This document shows, one piece after another, positions 1 to 9,435 of a stretch of DNA of 64,000 nt. The DNA lies in NCBI GenBank assembly GCA_963819655.1, contig CAWFXA010000001.1:96001-160000 (forward strand), given 5' to 3'. Below the pieces are notes generated by a model. That model made no database searches, was not told the origin of the DNA, and saw only the letters and a list, made by a program, of their open reading frames with translations. The position numbers and the translations under genes are program-made. Each line of letters begins with the position of its first letter. The stretch's first letter is position 1. Origin of the DNA: an uncultured Chloroflexia bacterium (lineage in GTDB: Bacteria; Chloroflexota; Limnocylindria; Limnocylindrales; CSP1-4).

Positions 1-1
1 C

Positions 2-727
2 ATGCCCCAGTTCGAGCAGTACTGCACGATCGCCTGCGTGAGCAACGAGGTCGGCGGGAACCTGGTCGGCAACGCCAAGTGGACCGGGATCCGGTTGCGC
101 GATGTGCTCGATCTCGCCGTGCCCACCGCTCAGGCCACACAGCTCGTCGGGCGGTCGGTCGATGACTGGACCGCCGGCATGCCGATGTCGTGGGTGATGG
201 ACCCCGAGCGCGAGCCGATGATCGCCGTCCAGATGAACGACGAGCCGCTCCCCCGCGCGCACGGCTACCCGGCGCGGCTGATCATTCCCGGCCTGTTCGG
301 CTATGTGTCCGCGACCAAGTGGCTGATGGAGCTCGAGCTCACGACGTGGGAGTCGTTCGACGGGTACTGGGTGCCGCTCGGCTGGTCCAAGGAAGGTCCG
401 ATCCTGACGCAGTCGCGGATCGACACCCCGCGCGGCCCGGTCGGGGCAGGTCGGGTGGCGATCGCAGGTGTCGCGTGGGCGCCCGATCGTGGCATCTCCA
501 AGGTCGAGGTCGGCATCGACGGAACATGGCAGGACGCCGATCTGTCGACGCCGATCTCGGACGCGACCTGGGTCCAATGGGTGCTGCCGTGGGACGCCAC
601 TGCCGGCGTCCACACGATCTCCGTGCGCGCGACCGATGGCACCGGCGCGCTCCAGGAGCAGATCCCGTCGCGGCCCGCGCCGGACGGGGCGCGCGGCTGG
701 CACACGATCACGGTCCCGGTCGCCTAG
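2..727 (+). CDS. Molybdopterin-dependent oxidoreductase (sulfite oxidase/MsrP-like), 5' truncated by window edge
   Basis: Motifs CVSN..GG.LVGNAKWTG, HGYPARLIIPGLFGYVSATKW and a C-terminal Ig-like dimerisation domain (GVAWAP..VEV..W.QW..VRATD). Confidence 0.85.
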   Translation: MPQFEQYCTIACVSNEVGGNLVGNAKWTGIRLRDVLDLAVPTAQATQLVGRSVDDWTAGMPMSWVMDPEREPMIAVQMNDEPLPRAHGYPARLIIPGLFGYVSATKWLMELELTTWESFDGYWVPLGWSKEGPILTQSRIDTPRGPVGAGRVAIAGVAWAPDRGISKVEVGIDGTWQDADLSTPISDATWVQWVLPWDATAGVHTISVRATDGTGALQEQIPSRPAPDGARGWHTITVPVA

Positions 728-777
728 TGCCGGTCGCCCCGGCCGACCGTGGGCTGGATTCGGTATAGAGTCCAGGC

Positions 778-1365
778 ATGCCTCGACGGCGCTACATCTT
801 CGATCCGCCGGATCGCTTCGTGGCCGGTACGGTCGGTGAACCGGGCGACCGCACGTTCTTCCTCCAGGCCCGCGAGGGCGGCCGGATCGTCTCGATCGCC
901 CTCGAGAAGGTGCAGGTCGCGGTCCTTGCCGAACGGCTCGGCGCACTCCTTGATGAGCTCGACCTGCGCGGGATCGCAGCCGCCACCGAGACGAGCGCTG
1001 CCGAGGCGGTCGCCGACGACGACGACACCGACCTCGACAGTGCCCCGCTCGATGAGCCACTCAACGAGGCGTTCCGGGCCGGCTCGCTGACGCTCGGATG
1101 GGACGGTGGCGCGGAACGTGTGCTGGTCGAGGCCCGGGCACAGGACGCCGATGGCGAGGCGATCGATCCGGACGAGGACGACGACGAGGACGAGGATGGC
1201 CCCGACCTCCTCCGCGTCCGGATGACAGCCGCGGCAGCGCGCTCGTTCGTGGCGCGGGCGGCCAATGTGGTCAGCGCGGGGCGGCCGCCGTGCCCGCTGT
1301 GTGGCGCGCCGCTCGATCCGCTGGGGCATATCTGCCCGCGGCGGAACGGCCACTTCGTCAACTAG
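778..1365 (+). CDS. DUF3090 family protein
   Basis: RFVAGTVGEPGDRTFFLQA, LEKVQV and C-terminal GRPPCPLCGAPLDPLGHICPRRNGH; TAGAGT-N6-ATG upstream. Confidence 0.85.
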   Translation: MPRRRYIFDPPDRFVAGTVGEPGDRTFFLQAREGGRIVSIALEKVQVAVLAERLGALLDELDLRGIAAATETSAAEAVADDDDTDLDSAPLDEPLNEAFRAGSLTLGWDGGAERVLVEARAQDADGEAIDPDEDDDEDEDGPDLLRVRMTAAAARSFVARAANVVSAGRPPCPLCGAPLDPLGHICPRRNGHFVN

Positions 1366-1375
1366 CGGGCGGCGC

Positions 1376-2113
1376 GTGCTCGACCGCGCTTCGACGCTGG
1401 ACGTGCTGCGCGACGGCGACATCGAGATCGTCGGGCGGATCCTCGGATCGAGCAACAACGCGCTTTTCGTGACGGTCACGTTGCCCTGTCCCGACCCCGG
1501 CGAGCCGGCCCGGGTCCTCGAGGCGATCCACAAGCCGACGGTCGGCGAGAGGCCGCTCGATGACTTCCCGGACGGCACCCTGACACGACGCGAGGTCGCG
1601 GCGTACCTCGTATCGGAGGCGAGCGGCTGGGATGTCGTCCCGCCGACGATCCTGCGCGACGGACCGTTCGGCGAGGGCATGCTGCAGGCGTTCATCGAAC
1701 CGGATCCGGCCGTCGATGTCATCGCCTGGATCAACGACGACGACTCCAGGTTGCGACGCATGGCCGCGTTCGACGCGGCTGTCAACAACACCGATCGCAA
1801 GGGCGGTCACATCCTGCCGGTCGACGGCGGCCGGCACGTATACGGCGTCGATCACGGGGTGTGCTTCTCGGTGACGCCGAAGCTGCGCACCGTGCTGTGG
1901 GGCTGGCGCGGGCAGCGGCTGCTGCCGGACGAGTTGGCCGGGCTCGGACGCATCCGCGATGGCCTCCAGGGGGATCTCGGCGGGGAGCTTCGCAACCTGC
2001 TGAGCCGGGCGGAGGTCCGCGCCACCGTGCGGCGCGTCGACGACCTGCTCGAGCGCGGCGCCTTCCCGCTCCCCTCACCGACGTGGCCGGCCATCCCCTG
2101 GCCACCGATCTGA
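1376..2113 (+). CDS. SCO1664 family protein (PI3/4-kinase-like fold)
   Basis: SSNN, KP..GERPL.DFPDGTL..REVAAY, NNTDRKGGH, GVDHGVCF, KLRTVLWGW, WPAIPWPP; GTG start 10 nt after the DUF3090 stop. Confidence 0.85.
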   Translation: MLDRASTLDVLRDGDIEIVGRILGSSNNALFVTVTLPCPDPGEPARVLEAIHKPTVGERPLDDFPDGTLTRREVAAYLVSEASGWDVVPPTILRDGPFGEGMLQAFIEPDPAVDVIAWINDDDSRLRRMAAFDAAVNNTDRKGGHILPVDGGRHVYGVDHGVCFSVTPKLRTVLWGWRGQRLLPDELAGLGRIRDGLQGDLGGELRNLLSRAEVRATVRRVDDLLERGAFPLPSPTWPAIPWPPI

Positions 2114-2128
2114 TCAGGGGCGAGCACA

Positions 2129-2165
2129 AGAAAACGGCGGGTCCCGCGAAGGGAGCCCGCCGTTC
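2129..2165 (-). terminator. Intrinsic terminator between convergent genes
   Basis: AACGGCGGG-TCCC/GGGA-G-CCCGCCGTT hairpin followed by TTTTCTT on the minus strand. Confidence 0.7.
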
Positions 2166-2233
2166 CTGGCGGCCGGGGACGACCGTTCTAGCGCGAGGTC
2201 CGGCGGATCATCGGGCGAACCGCCGGGTTTAGG

Positions 2234-2782
2234 TCAGACGGCCCGGGCGGCCTTGACGACCTGCGAGTTGGCGTAGTGGTCGTGCCAGCCCTGCTTCGTG
2301 GGGCTGTTGGCAGTGGTGTAGATCAGGAAGATGGCCCAGGCCAGGGCGAACAGCGAGAGCACCAGGCCGATCAGCGGTATCGGCGAGGCGACCTGCGCGA
2401 GGATCGCTGGGGCAGACAGGGCGAGGTAGCGGCGGATGGCCTGATTCATCGTGAGGGCTTGACCGTCGCCTGCGTTCCCGATCTGCATCCCGAGCAGGCG
2501 CATGCCGATCGTGGCTCGCATCGAGGTCCACGTGTAGATGAAGTAGGCCGCGCTGATCAAGAGTCCTACGAGGCCGACCACGAACAGACCTACGTAGTTG
2601 ATCGTGAATGTCAGGTCGGGATTCAGGGTCCCTGGGCTGAAACCAAGTCCGCCCAGGACCGCGCCGACGATGAGGTTCAGGATCCCCACGAGGATGGCGT
2701 CGATGATGTAGGCGATCGCCCGATTTGGGACGTCCGCGTACACCAGGCCAGATGCAGGCGCGGGTGGGCTCGTTGCGGTCAT
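2234..2782 (-). CDS. RDD family membrane protein
   Basis: YADVPNRAIAYIID, TIGMRLLGMQI, KQGWHDHYANSQVV; GGGAGG SD upstream of ATG 2782. Confidence 0.85.
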   Translation of the reverse strand: MTATSPPAPASGLVYADVPNRAIAYIIDAILVGILNLIVGAVLGGLGFSPGTLNPDLTFTINYVGLFVVGLVGLLISAAYFIYTWTSMRATIGMRLLGMQIGNAGDGQALTMNQAIRRYLALSAPAILAQVASPIPLIGLVLSLFALAWAIFLIYTTANSPTKQGWHDHYANSQVVKAARAV

Positions 2783-2896
2783 TGTGGTGAGTGCCTCCCT
2801 CTTCTGGCCACTCCATCGCGGCCTCACGGCATGGTAGACCGAAGTCGGCGCCTTACAAGGGTCGATTTAGCGAGGTCCGATGGGTCGGGCGCCGAA

Positions 2897-3407
2897 TCAG
2901 GCGATGAGTTCGTCCGACAGCAACTCCATGAGCAGGCCGTCGATCCACGTCCCGTCGGGCATCCGCTGGTATCGGCGGAGCCGTCCGACCTCCCTGAACC
3001 CGACCTTCTCGTACGCGCGGATCGCGCGCGACGTTGTCCGCCGCCGGATCGATCGTGAGCCGGTGGTGCCCATCGTCATCGATCAATCGGCGCGCGAGCG
3101 CCCTGACCGCCGCAGGTCCGACGCCATGACCCTGGGCGTCCTCGTCCAGGAACAGGTCGATCCCCGCGTGGCGGAATTCCGGGTCTGTCTCCTCGTGGGT
3201 CTGGATGGCCCCGACGAGGCGACCGTCGATCTCGATCGCGAACACGCGCAGGTCGGGCTCGCCCACGATCAGCTCCTGTTCGACGCGGTCCTCGTCGAAA
3301 TCGCCCCACCATCTGGCCACAGACGGCTGGGCAAGGATCGCGGTCAGGGTGGACGCGTCCTCGGGAAGGACCGGCCGGATGGTGATGTCGGGTGCTGCAA
3401 CGCTCAT
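2897..3407 (-). CDS. GNAT acetyltransferase (AAC(6')-like), one apparent frameshift near 3025
   Basis: VARWWG, FRHAGIDLFL..QGHGVG, HHRLTIDPAADN continues in another frame as AIRAYEKVGFREVG..GLLMELL; the break lies in a GC dinucleotide run. Confidence 0.8.
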
Positions 3408-3794
3408 GGCGAGGGAGGTTACCGCGTCGTGGCAAGGCTGGCGAGCGGTCCGACCGACGTGAGATGTTCCCCGAGGAACGGTCCGAGCACGAATGAGCGT
3501 GATCGTCGAGCGCCAGGACGAAGGTCCCGGAGACGCGATGGCCCGTTCTCGGCTATAGTTCGTATGCGTCACCGGTCCGCAGCGACGGCCCCGGTCGAGC
3601 GTCTCGACAAACGGACGCTCCCGGTACGCCGCCCGGACCACCACACCGCTCCCGCCCGTTATCGGCGTGTCGAGCGGAGAACACAAGGGTCGCTGCGCAG
3701 GCTCAGATCGCCTGCGGCGCGCCAGAAAGCACGAAGAAACACACGAATGATGTCCCGAAATGCGACGGCGTCCTACGCCGGTCGCGCCAGTTCC

Positions 3795-3962
3795 ATGCGT
3801 CGGCTGCGCCGTCGCTCCAGCACAGCACATGCGAGCGGCCGTCCGTTCTGCCGAACGAATGGTTGCCCAAGCTTCCTCGAGATCGATCCGGTGACCGGGA
3901 TCGCCACCTGCCCCGTCTGCGGCTCGACCCAGCGTCAGCGCGCCCGGGCCCAAGCTCACTGA
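3795..3962 (+). CDS. Small putative zinc-ribbon protein
   Basis: CRTNGCPSFLEIDPVTGIATCPVCG (Cx4C...CxxC); start uncertain (3747 or 3795). Confidence 0.5.
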   Translation: MRRLRRRSSTAHASGRPFCRTNGCPSFLEIDPVTGIATCPVCGSTQRQRARAQAH

Positions 3963-3993
3963 CGCCGCGTCGGCGGCCGCTGACGACCTCGAC

Positions 3994-4473
3994 CTAGTCG
4001 CTCGAGAGCGGCTCGCCCCTCGTCGCCCTCTCGAACCGCGCGAGCTCGACCTCGAGATCGAGCGACCGGCGTTGCTGCCGGTCGGTGGGCGCTTCGATTT
4101 TCACGCGCAGGATCGCGCGGTTCGCCGCCTCGACCAGGCGGCGCATCTCCTCGCGTGCCCGCGGTCGGGCGAGGTGCGACATGCGCGGCGCACGAGCGAA
4201 CAGGCGGTCGCGTTCGTCGAGGAGCGCGCGAACGGCCTTGTCGGCTTCGATCCAGCCCGGCGCGACGCCCGCATTCCTGAGCATGCGGTAAGCCAGCGCC
4301 CGATCACCTGCCGCCGAGTCATCCTCGAGCGGCAGGCGACTGCCCTGGTGCGGAAGCGCGTCGAAGCTGCCCTCCTCGATCGCCGTCCGGATCTGGCGCT
4401 CCACCAGCGTCTCGCGGATGCGTTCGCGCGACGGCTCGGCGGGATCGGGTCGCTCGGGATCGCGATGCTCCAT
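3994..4473 (-). CDS. DUF1992 (DnaJC28-type) domain protein
   Basis: LVERQIRTAIEEGSFDALP.QG.RLPL, AYRMLRNAGVAPGWIE. Confidence 0.8.
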   Translation of the reverse strand: MEHRDPERPDPAEPSRERIRETLVERQIRTAIEEGSFDALPHQGSRLPLEDDSAAGDRALAYRMLRNAGVAPGWIEADKAVRALLDERDRLFARAPRMSHLARPRAREEMRRLVEAANRAILRVKIEAPTDRQQRRSLDLEVELARFERATRGEPLSSD

Positions 4474-4540
4474 GGGCCGAGACTAGCGCAGGCGGCGCCG
4501 CGACAGGCAAGCTGACGCGACCGGCCGCTAAGGTTGAGCC

Positions 4541-7500
4541 GTGCAGTCGATCGACGGGCGGCCCGTCTACGCCGCCACGGACCTGGTCGCCTATCTCGCC
4601 TGCGAGCACCTGACAGCGCTCGAGCGTGCGGCGATGGCCGGTCTCGTCGACCGGCCGATGCGGGCCGATCCGGAGCTCGATGTCATCCGCAAGCGCGGCT
4701 TCGAGCACGAGCAGCGCTACCTCTCGGAGCTCGAGGCCGAAGGCCGCCGAGTCGTCAGGATCGACCTGGACGGCTCGATCGAGGATCGTGGTGACCAGCT
4801 CCGCGAGGCGGCGGCCGCGACCATCGCGGCCATGGCGTCCGGGCCCGACGTCGTCTACCAGGCGACGTTCTTCGACGGGACGTGGCGAGGCCACGCCGAC
4901 TTCCTGCTCCGCGTGGATGACCCCGACCGGCCGTCGGTGTGGGGTCCATACCACTACGAGGTCGCCGATACGAAGCTGGCCCGCCACGTGAAGGCCAGCG
5001 CCGTCCTCCAGATCTGCTCGTACGTCGACCAGCTGGAACGGATCCAGGGAGTCCGGCCCGAATGGCTCCACGTGGTCCTCGGGGGTTCGGCGCGAGCCGT
5101 CGAGCGCCTCCGCGTCGACGACTACATGGCCTACTACCGCAGCGCGCGGGACCGCTTCCTGGCGACCGTCGAAGAGGGTCAGCCGGTCGCGTTCCCGCCG
5201 CCGGACACCTATCCGGAGCCCGTCGATCACTGCGACGTGTGTCGGTGGGCGGCGGAGTGCGTCGCCCGACGGCGGTCGGACGACCATCTCAGCCTCGTGG
5301 CCGGCATCTCGGGGCGCCAGCGGCGCGCACTGTCCGAACGAGGGGTCGGGACGCTCGCGGCACTCGGCGACCTGGCGCTGCCGATGCAGCCCAGGCCCGA
5401 GGGCACGTCCGATGGCGCATTGGCGCGGGTCCGCGACCAGGCACGGATCCAGCTCGAGGGACGTCGCGAGCGGCGGTTGAAGTACGAGCTGCTGGTGCCT
5501 TTCCCCGGCGAGCCGTACGAAGCCGAACGTGGTCTGGCGACGCTCGCCCCACCGTCGACGGGCGATCTGTTCTTCGACATCGAAGGCGACCCGTATGCGT
5601 TCGAGGATGGTCTCGACTACCTCTTCGGGGTCATGGGGACCGACGGCACGTTCCGCGCGATCTGGTCCCGCGACGCGACCGGCGAGTTCTCGCTCCAGGG
5701 AGAACGTCAGGCCTTCGAGGAGTTCATCGACTTCGTGATGGCCCGTCTCGAGGCCGACCCGACGATGCATGTCTATCACTACGCGCCATACGAGCCCACG
5801 GCCCTCAAGCGGTTGATGGGCCGCTACGGGACCCGCGAAGTCGAGGTCGATCGATTGCTGCGCGAGGGCGTGCTCGTCGATCTGCTGCGTGCGGTCCGCC
5901 AGTCGCTCCGCGCGTCGGTCGAGAGCTACTCGATCAAGAGGATGGAGGCGTTCTACGGGTTCACCAGGGAGATCGACCTGCGCGATGCGGGGTCGAGCAT
6001 CGTGGCGTTCGAGACATGGCTGGAGCTCGGGGAGGGCGAGCGCCCGCAGACCGACATCCTCGACCGGATCGAGCGCTACAACCGCGACGACGTGGTGTCG
6101 AACAAGGAGCTGCGCGACTGGCTGGAGGCCCGCCGTGACGAGCTGATCGCCACCGGCATCGAGATCCCCCGGCCCGCTCCGCGGGAGAACCCGCTGCCCG
6201 CCGAGCTGACCGACGCGCTGGCCCGGGTCCAGGCGCTGGTCGATCGGCTCGCAGATCCCGCGATCGTGCCGGAGGACCGATCCCAGCGCGCACCGGAGCA
6301 GCACGCCCGGTGGCTGCTGGCGCAGTTGCTCGGCTGGCACCGGCGCGAGGACAAGGCGATGTGGTGGGACTTCCATCGGCTGATGGATCTCACGCCCGAG
6401 CAGCTCGTCGACGAGTCCGACCCGATCGGCCTCCTCGAACCGGTCGGGCCACAGGACGTGGAGCTGAAGGGCAAGCAGACGTGGCGCTATGCCTTCCCGC
6501 CCCAGGACTTCGATCTCGGGCGGGGGGAGGTCTACGACCCGGGCCAGAAGCAGGAGCGGCCGGACAATTCGCCCTTCAAGTGGGATGCCGGCGACGTGGT
6601 GAAGGTGGACCTTGCTGCCGGCACGGTCGACATCCGACGAGAGGTTGCCAGGCCCCATCCTCGGGCGATCGTGCCGCTCCCGTGGGTCCGCACGCAGGCC
6701 CACCAGGAGCGGCTGATCGAGATCGGCGCGTGGGTCGCCGATCACGGCATCGACGCGGACGGACCGCACCGTGCGATGCGCGACCTGCTCCTCGGTCGAC
6801 CGCCGCGCGCCGGCCAGGTTCCAGGTGGACCGTTGGCGCCCGACGACGAGTCCGACCTGGCCGCGGCTCGCCGGGTGGTGATGGCACTCGACTCCACCAC
6901 GCTCGCGATCCAGGGTCCGCCGGGCTCAGGCAAGACCTACAGCGGCGCCCGGATGATCTGCACGCTCCTCGCCGCCGGCCGACGGGTCGGTATCACCGGG
7001 ACCAGCCACAAGGTGATCGGCAACCTGCTGGCCGAGGTGCTCAAGGCTGCGCCCACCGAAGGCGTGGACGTCCGGCCGATCCAGCACGGCCAGCCCAACC
7101 AGGTGCTCGACGACGATCGCGTCGTGCGTGCCAAGGACGCCGACGATGTCCGTCATCGCTTGGCGGATGGGCGCTCGAATCTGGCGGCCGGCACGTCCTG
7201 GCTGTGGGCCTCCGCGAAGGTCGCGGGCGCGATCGACGTGCTGTTCGTCGACGAGGCCGGCCAGATCTCGCTCGCCAATGTCGTCGCGATGTCCCAGGCG
7301 ACGGACAGCATCGTGCTCCTGGGCGACCCACAGCAGCTCGATCAGCCGCTTCGCGGCACACATCCGCCGGGAGCGGACCGCTCGGCGCTGGCGCACGTCC
7401 TCGACGGGGCCGCGACGATTCCCCCGGAGCGCGGATTGTTCCTCGAGACGACGTGGCGGTTGCATCCGGATCTTTGCTCGTTCACGTCCGAGGCCTTCTA

Positions 7501-8137
7501 CGACGACCGCCTCGAGCCCGAGGCGCACCTGGCCGGGCAGCGCCTTCGGAGCAGCCTGTCGCTGGTCGACGGCGTGGGTCCGCGGCTGTACGCGCTCCCG
7601 ACGGTCGGGGCCGACAGCGAGTCGCCGGTCGAGGCGGCCGCGGTCGCTGACTTCGCCCGCTCGATCGTCGGCGGGTCGTGGACGGACGGACATGGCGTGA
7701 CGCGTCCGATGACGTGGAACGAGGTGCTCATCGTGGCGCCGTACAACGCGCAGGTCGGGGCGATCCAGCGGCTGCTCCCGCCCGAAGCACGCGTCGGGAC
7801 GGTCGACAAGTTCCAGGGCCAGGAGGCGCCGATAAGCATCTACTCGTTGACGACGTCCGCGCCCGAGCTCGCGCCGCGCGGGATGGACTTCCTGTACAGC
7901 CGAAACCGATTGAACGTCGCCACGTCGCGGGCGCGCTGCGTTGCGCTCGTCGTCGGCTCGCCGGACCTGTGGCGTGTCCGCGCCCGGACCCCCGCTCAGA
8001 TGCGGCTCGCGAATGCGTTCTGCCGGTTCGTCGAGCTTGCCGGAGCCTCCGGCGCGGTGGCGGGCGCGGCCGGCGACGGTGCCGATGCCCCGGCCGGCCC
8101 CTCGGGGTACGAGATCCTCACGCTCGATCTGGTGTGA
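4541..8137 (+). CDS. TM0106 family RecB-like nuclease fused to RNase H-like and SF1 (DNA2/NAM7-like) helicase domains
   Basis: GHADFL..YEVADTKLA..QIC.Y (RecB/PD-(D/E)XK), FFDIEGDP..HY..YE..SYSIK..YNRDD (YprB-like RNase H), QGPPGSGKT, DEAGQ, GDPQQL, GTVDKFQGQEA, RLNVATSRAR. Confidence 0.9.
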   Translation: MQSIDGRPVYAATDLVAYLACEHLTALERAAMAGLVDRPMRADPELDVIRKRGFEHEQRYLSELEAEGRRVVRIDLDGSIEDRGDQLREAAAATIAAMASGPDVVYQATFFDGTWRGHADFLLRVDDPDRPSVWGPYHYEVADTKLARHVKASAVLQICSYVDQLERIQGVRPEWLHVVLGGSARAVERLRVDDYMAYYRSARDRFLATVEEGQPVAFPPPDTYPEPVDHCDVCRWAAECVARRRSDDHLSLVAGISGRQRRALSERGVGTLAALGDLALPMQPRPEGTSDGALARVRDQARIQLEGRRERRLKYELLVPFPGEPYEAERGLATLAPPSTGDLFFDIEGDPYAFEDGLDYLFGVMGTDGTFRAIWSRDATGEFSLQGERQAFEEFIDFVMARLEADPTMHVYHYAPYEPTALKRLMGRYGTREVEVDRLLREGVLVDLLRAVRQSLRASVESYSIKRMEAFYGFTREIDLRDAGSSIVAFETWLELGEGERPQTDILDRIERYNRDDVVSNKELRDWLEARRDELIATGIEIPRPAPRENPLPAELTDALARVQALVDRLADPAIVPEDRSQRAPEQHARWLLAQLLGWHRREDKAMWWDFHRLMDLTPEQLVDESDPIGLLEPVGPQDVELKGKQTWRYAFPPQDFDLGRGEVYDPGQKQERPDNSPFKWDAGDVVKVDLAAGTVDIRREVARPHPRAIVPLPWVRTQAHQERLIEIGAWVADHGIDADGPHRAMRDLLLGRPPRAGQVPGGPLAPDDESDLAAARRVVMALDSTTLAIQGPPGSGKTYSGARMICTLLAAGRRVGITGTSHKVIGNLLAEVLKAAPTEGVDVRPIQHGQPNQVLDDDRVVRAKDADDVRHRLADGRSNLAAGTSWLWASAKVAGAIDVLFVDEAGQISLANVVAMSQATDSIVLLGDPQQLDQPLRGTHPPGADRSALAHVLDGAATIPPERGLFLETTWRLHPDLCSFTSEAFYDDRLEPEAHLAGQRLRSSLSLVDGVGPRLYALPTVGADSESPVEAAAVADFARSIVGGSWTDGHGVTRPMTWNEVLIVAPYNAQVGAIQRLLPPEARVGTVDKFQGQEAPISIYSLTTSAPELAPRGMDFLYSRNRLNVATSRARCVALVVGSPDLWRVRARTPAQMRLANAFCRFVELAGASGAVAGAAGDGADAPAGPSGYEILTLDLV

Positions 8138-8163
8138 GCGTCCGTCCCGTACCATCGGCCGTC

Positions 8164-9435
8164 ATGGCCGAGGCACGACCGACCAACCCCGCGGAGCTCG
8201 CGCGGCTCCGTCGGCGGACCGTGGCGACCCTGGTGGCCGGAGTCGCCCTCGGCAGCACCGGGCACATCGCGGCGGTGACGGTCGCCACGATCGTGGCGAC
8301 CGACATCTCCGGTGGGGCGAAGGCCTGGAGCGGCGCCCCGAGCGCGACGGTCGTCCTCGGGGCGGCCGCCGGAGCGATCGGCCTGTCGTGGCTGATGGTC
8401 CGGCGCGGTCGGCGGTTCGGCCTCACGGCGGGATACGTCGTCAGCGTGCTCGGGGCGATCGTCGCGACCGCCGCGGTCGTGATGCTGTCCATCCCGCTCC
8501 TGCTCATCGGGACCCTGCTGATCGGTTTCGGCAACGCCTCGAACCAGCTGTCGCGCTACACCGCGGCAGACCTCGCTCCGCCAGACCGTCGAGCGTCGGC
8601 GATCGGTGTCGTCGTGTGGGGCGCCACGATCGGAGCGGTCGCGGGACCGAACCTCGCGGCACCGGCCGGTCAGGTCGCACTCGCGCTGGGCCTGCCGGAG
8701 CTGAGCGGCCCATACCTCGTGCCGATCGTGTTCGTCGGAGCGGCCGCCATCCTGTCCTTCTCGCTCCTCCGGCCCGACCCGTACGAGCTCGCCGACGCGT
8801 CATCCCGCCACGACGGGGTTGGCGAGGACCGGTCAGTGGCCGTTTCATTGGCGAGCGTCCTCGCTCGTCCGAATGTCCCGGTCGCGGTGGTGGCGCTCGT
8901 GGCCGGCCAGTTCGTCATGGTCCTGATCATGACGATGACTCCGCTTCACATGGCCGATCACGGCCACGATCTCGCGGCGGTCGGGCTGGTGATCAGTGGC
9001 CACACGTTCGGGATGTTCGGGCTCTCGCCGATCTCGGGCCGCCTGACCGACCGGTATGGCAGCGTTCCGGTGATCCTGGCCGGCCTGGGTGTGGTGGCCG
9101 TCGCGTCAATCCTGGCCGCTGCTGCGCCACCCGAGGGCGGGGCCGTGCTCTTCGTCGCGCTGTTCCTGCTCGGCTATGGCTGGAACCTCGGGTATGTCGC
9201 CGGATCCGCGCTGCTGACCCACGGGCTGTCGCTGGCCGAGCGGACCAGGGTGCAGGGCCTGACCGACGGCCTGATCTGGAGCTCCGCCGCGGTCGCGAGC
9301 CTCGGATCCGGGGTCGTCCTGGCATACGCCGGGTACGCGATCCTCGGGCTGATGGGCGCGGCATTGGTCGTGGTCCCGATGCTGCTCGTGATCGCGCGAC
9401 GCTCAGCCGTCGCCGGGGCGTCAGGCAGCTCCTAA
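8164..9435 (+). CDS. MFS transporter
   Basis: About 12 hydrophobic segments; RRGRR loop, SRYTAADLA, SGHTFGMF..GRLTDRYG. Confidence 0.85.
   Translation: MAEARPTNPAELARLRRRTVATLVAGVALGSTGHIAAVTVATIVATDISGGAKAWSGAPSATVVLGAAAGAIGLSWLMVRRGRRFGLTAGYVVSVLGAIVATAAVVMLSIPLLLIGTLLIGFGNASNQLSRYTAADLAPPDRRASAIGVVVWGATIGAVAGPNLAAPAGQVALALGLPELSGPYLVPIVFVGAAAILSFSLLRPDPYELADASSRHDGVGEDRSVAVSLASVLARPNVPVAVVALVAGQFVMVLIMTMTPLHMADHGHDLAAVGLVISGHTFGMFGLSPISGRLTDRYGSVPVILAGLGVVAVASILAAAAPPEGGAVLFVALFLLGYGWNLGYVAGSALLTHGLSLAERTRVQGLTDGLIWSSAAVASLGSGVVLAYAGYAILGLMGAALVVVPMLLVIARRSAVAGASGSS

Noticed and set aside
2897-3407. Bona fide aminoglycoside resistance gene
   Set aside because: AAC(6')-like GNATs are widespread chromosomal genes; there is no mobile context and the substrate cannot be inferred.
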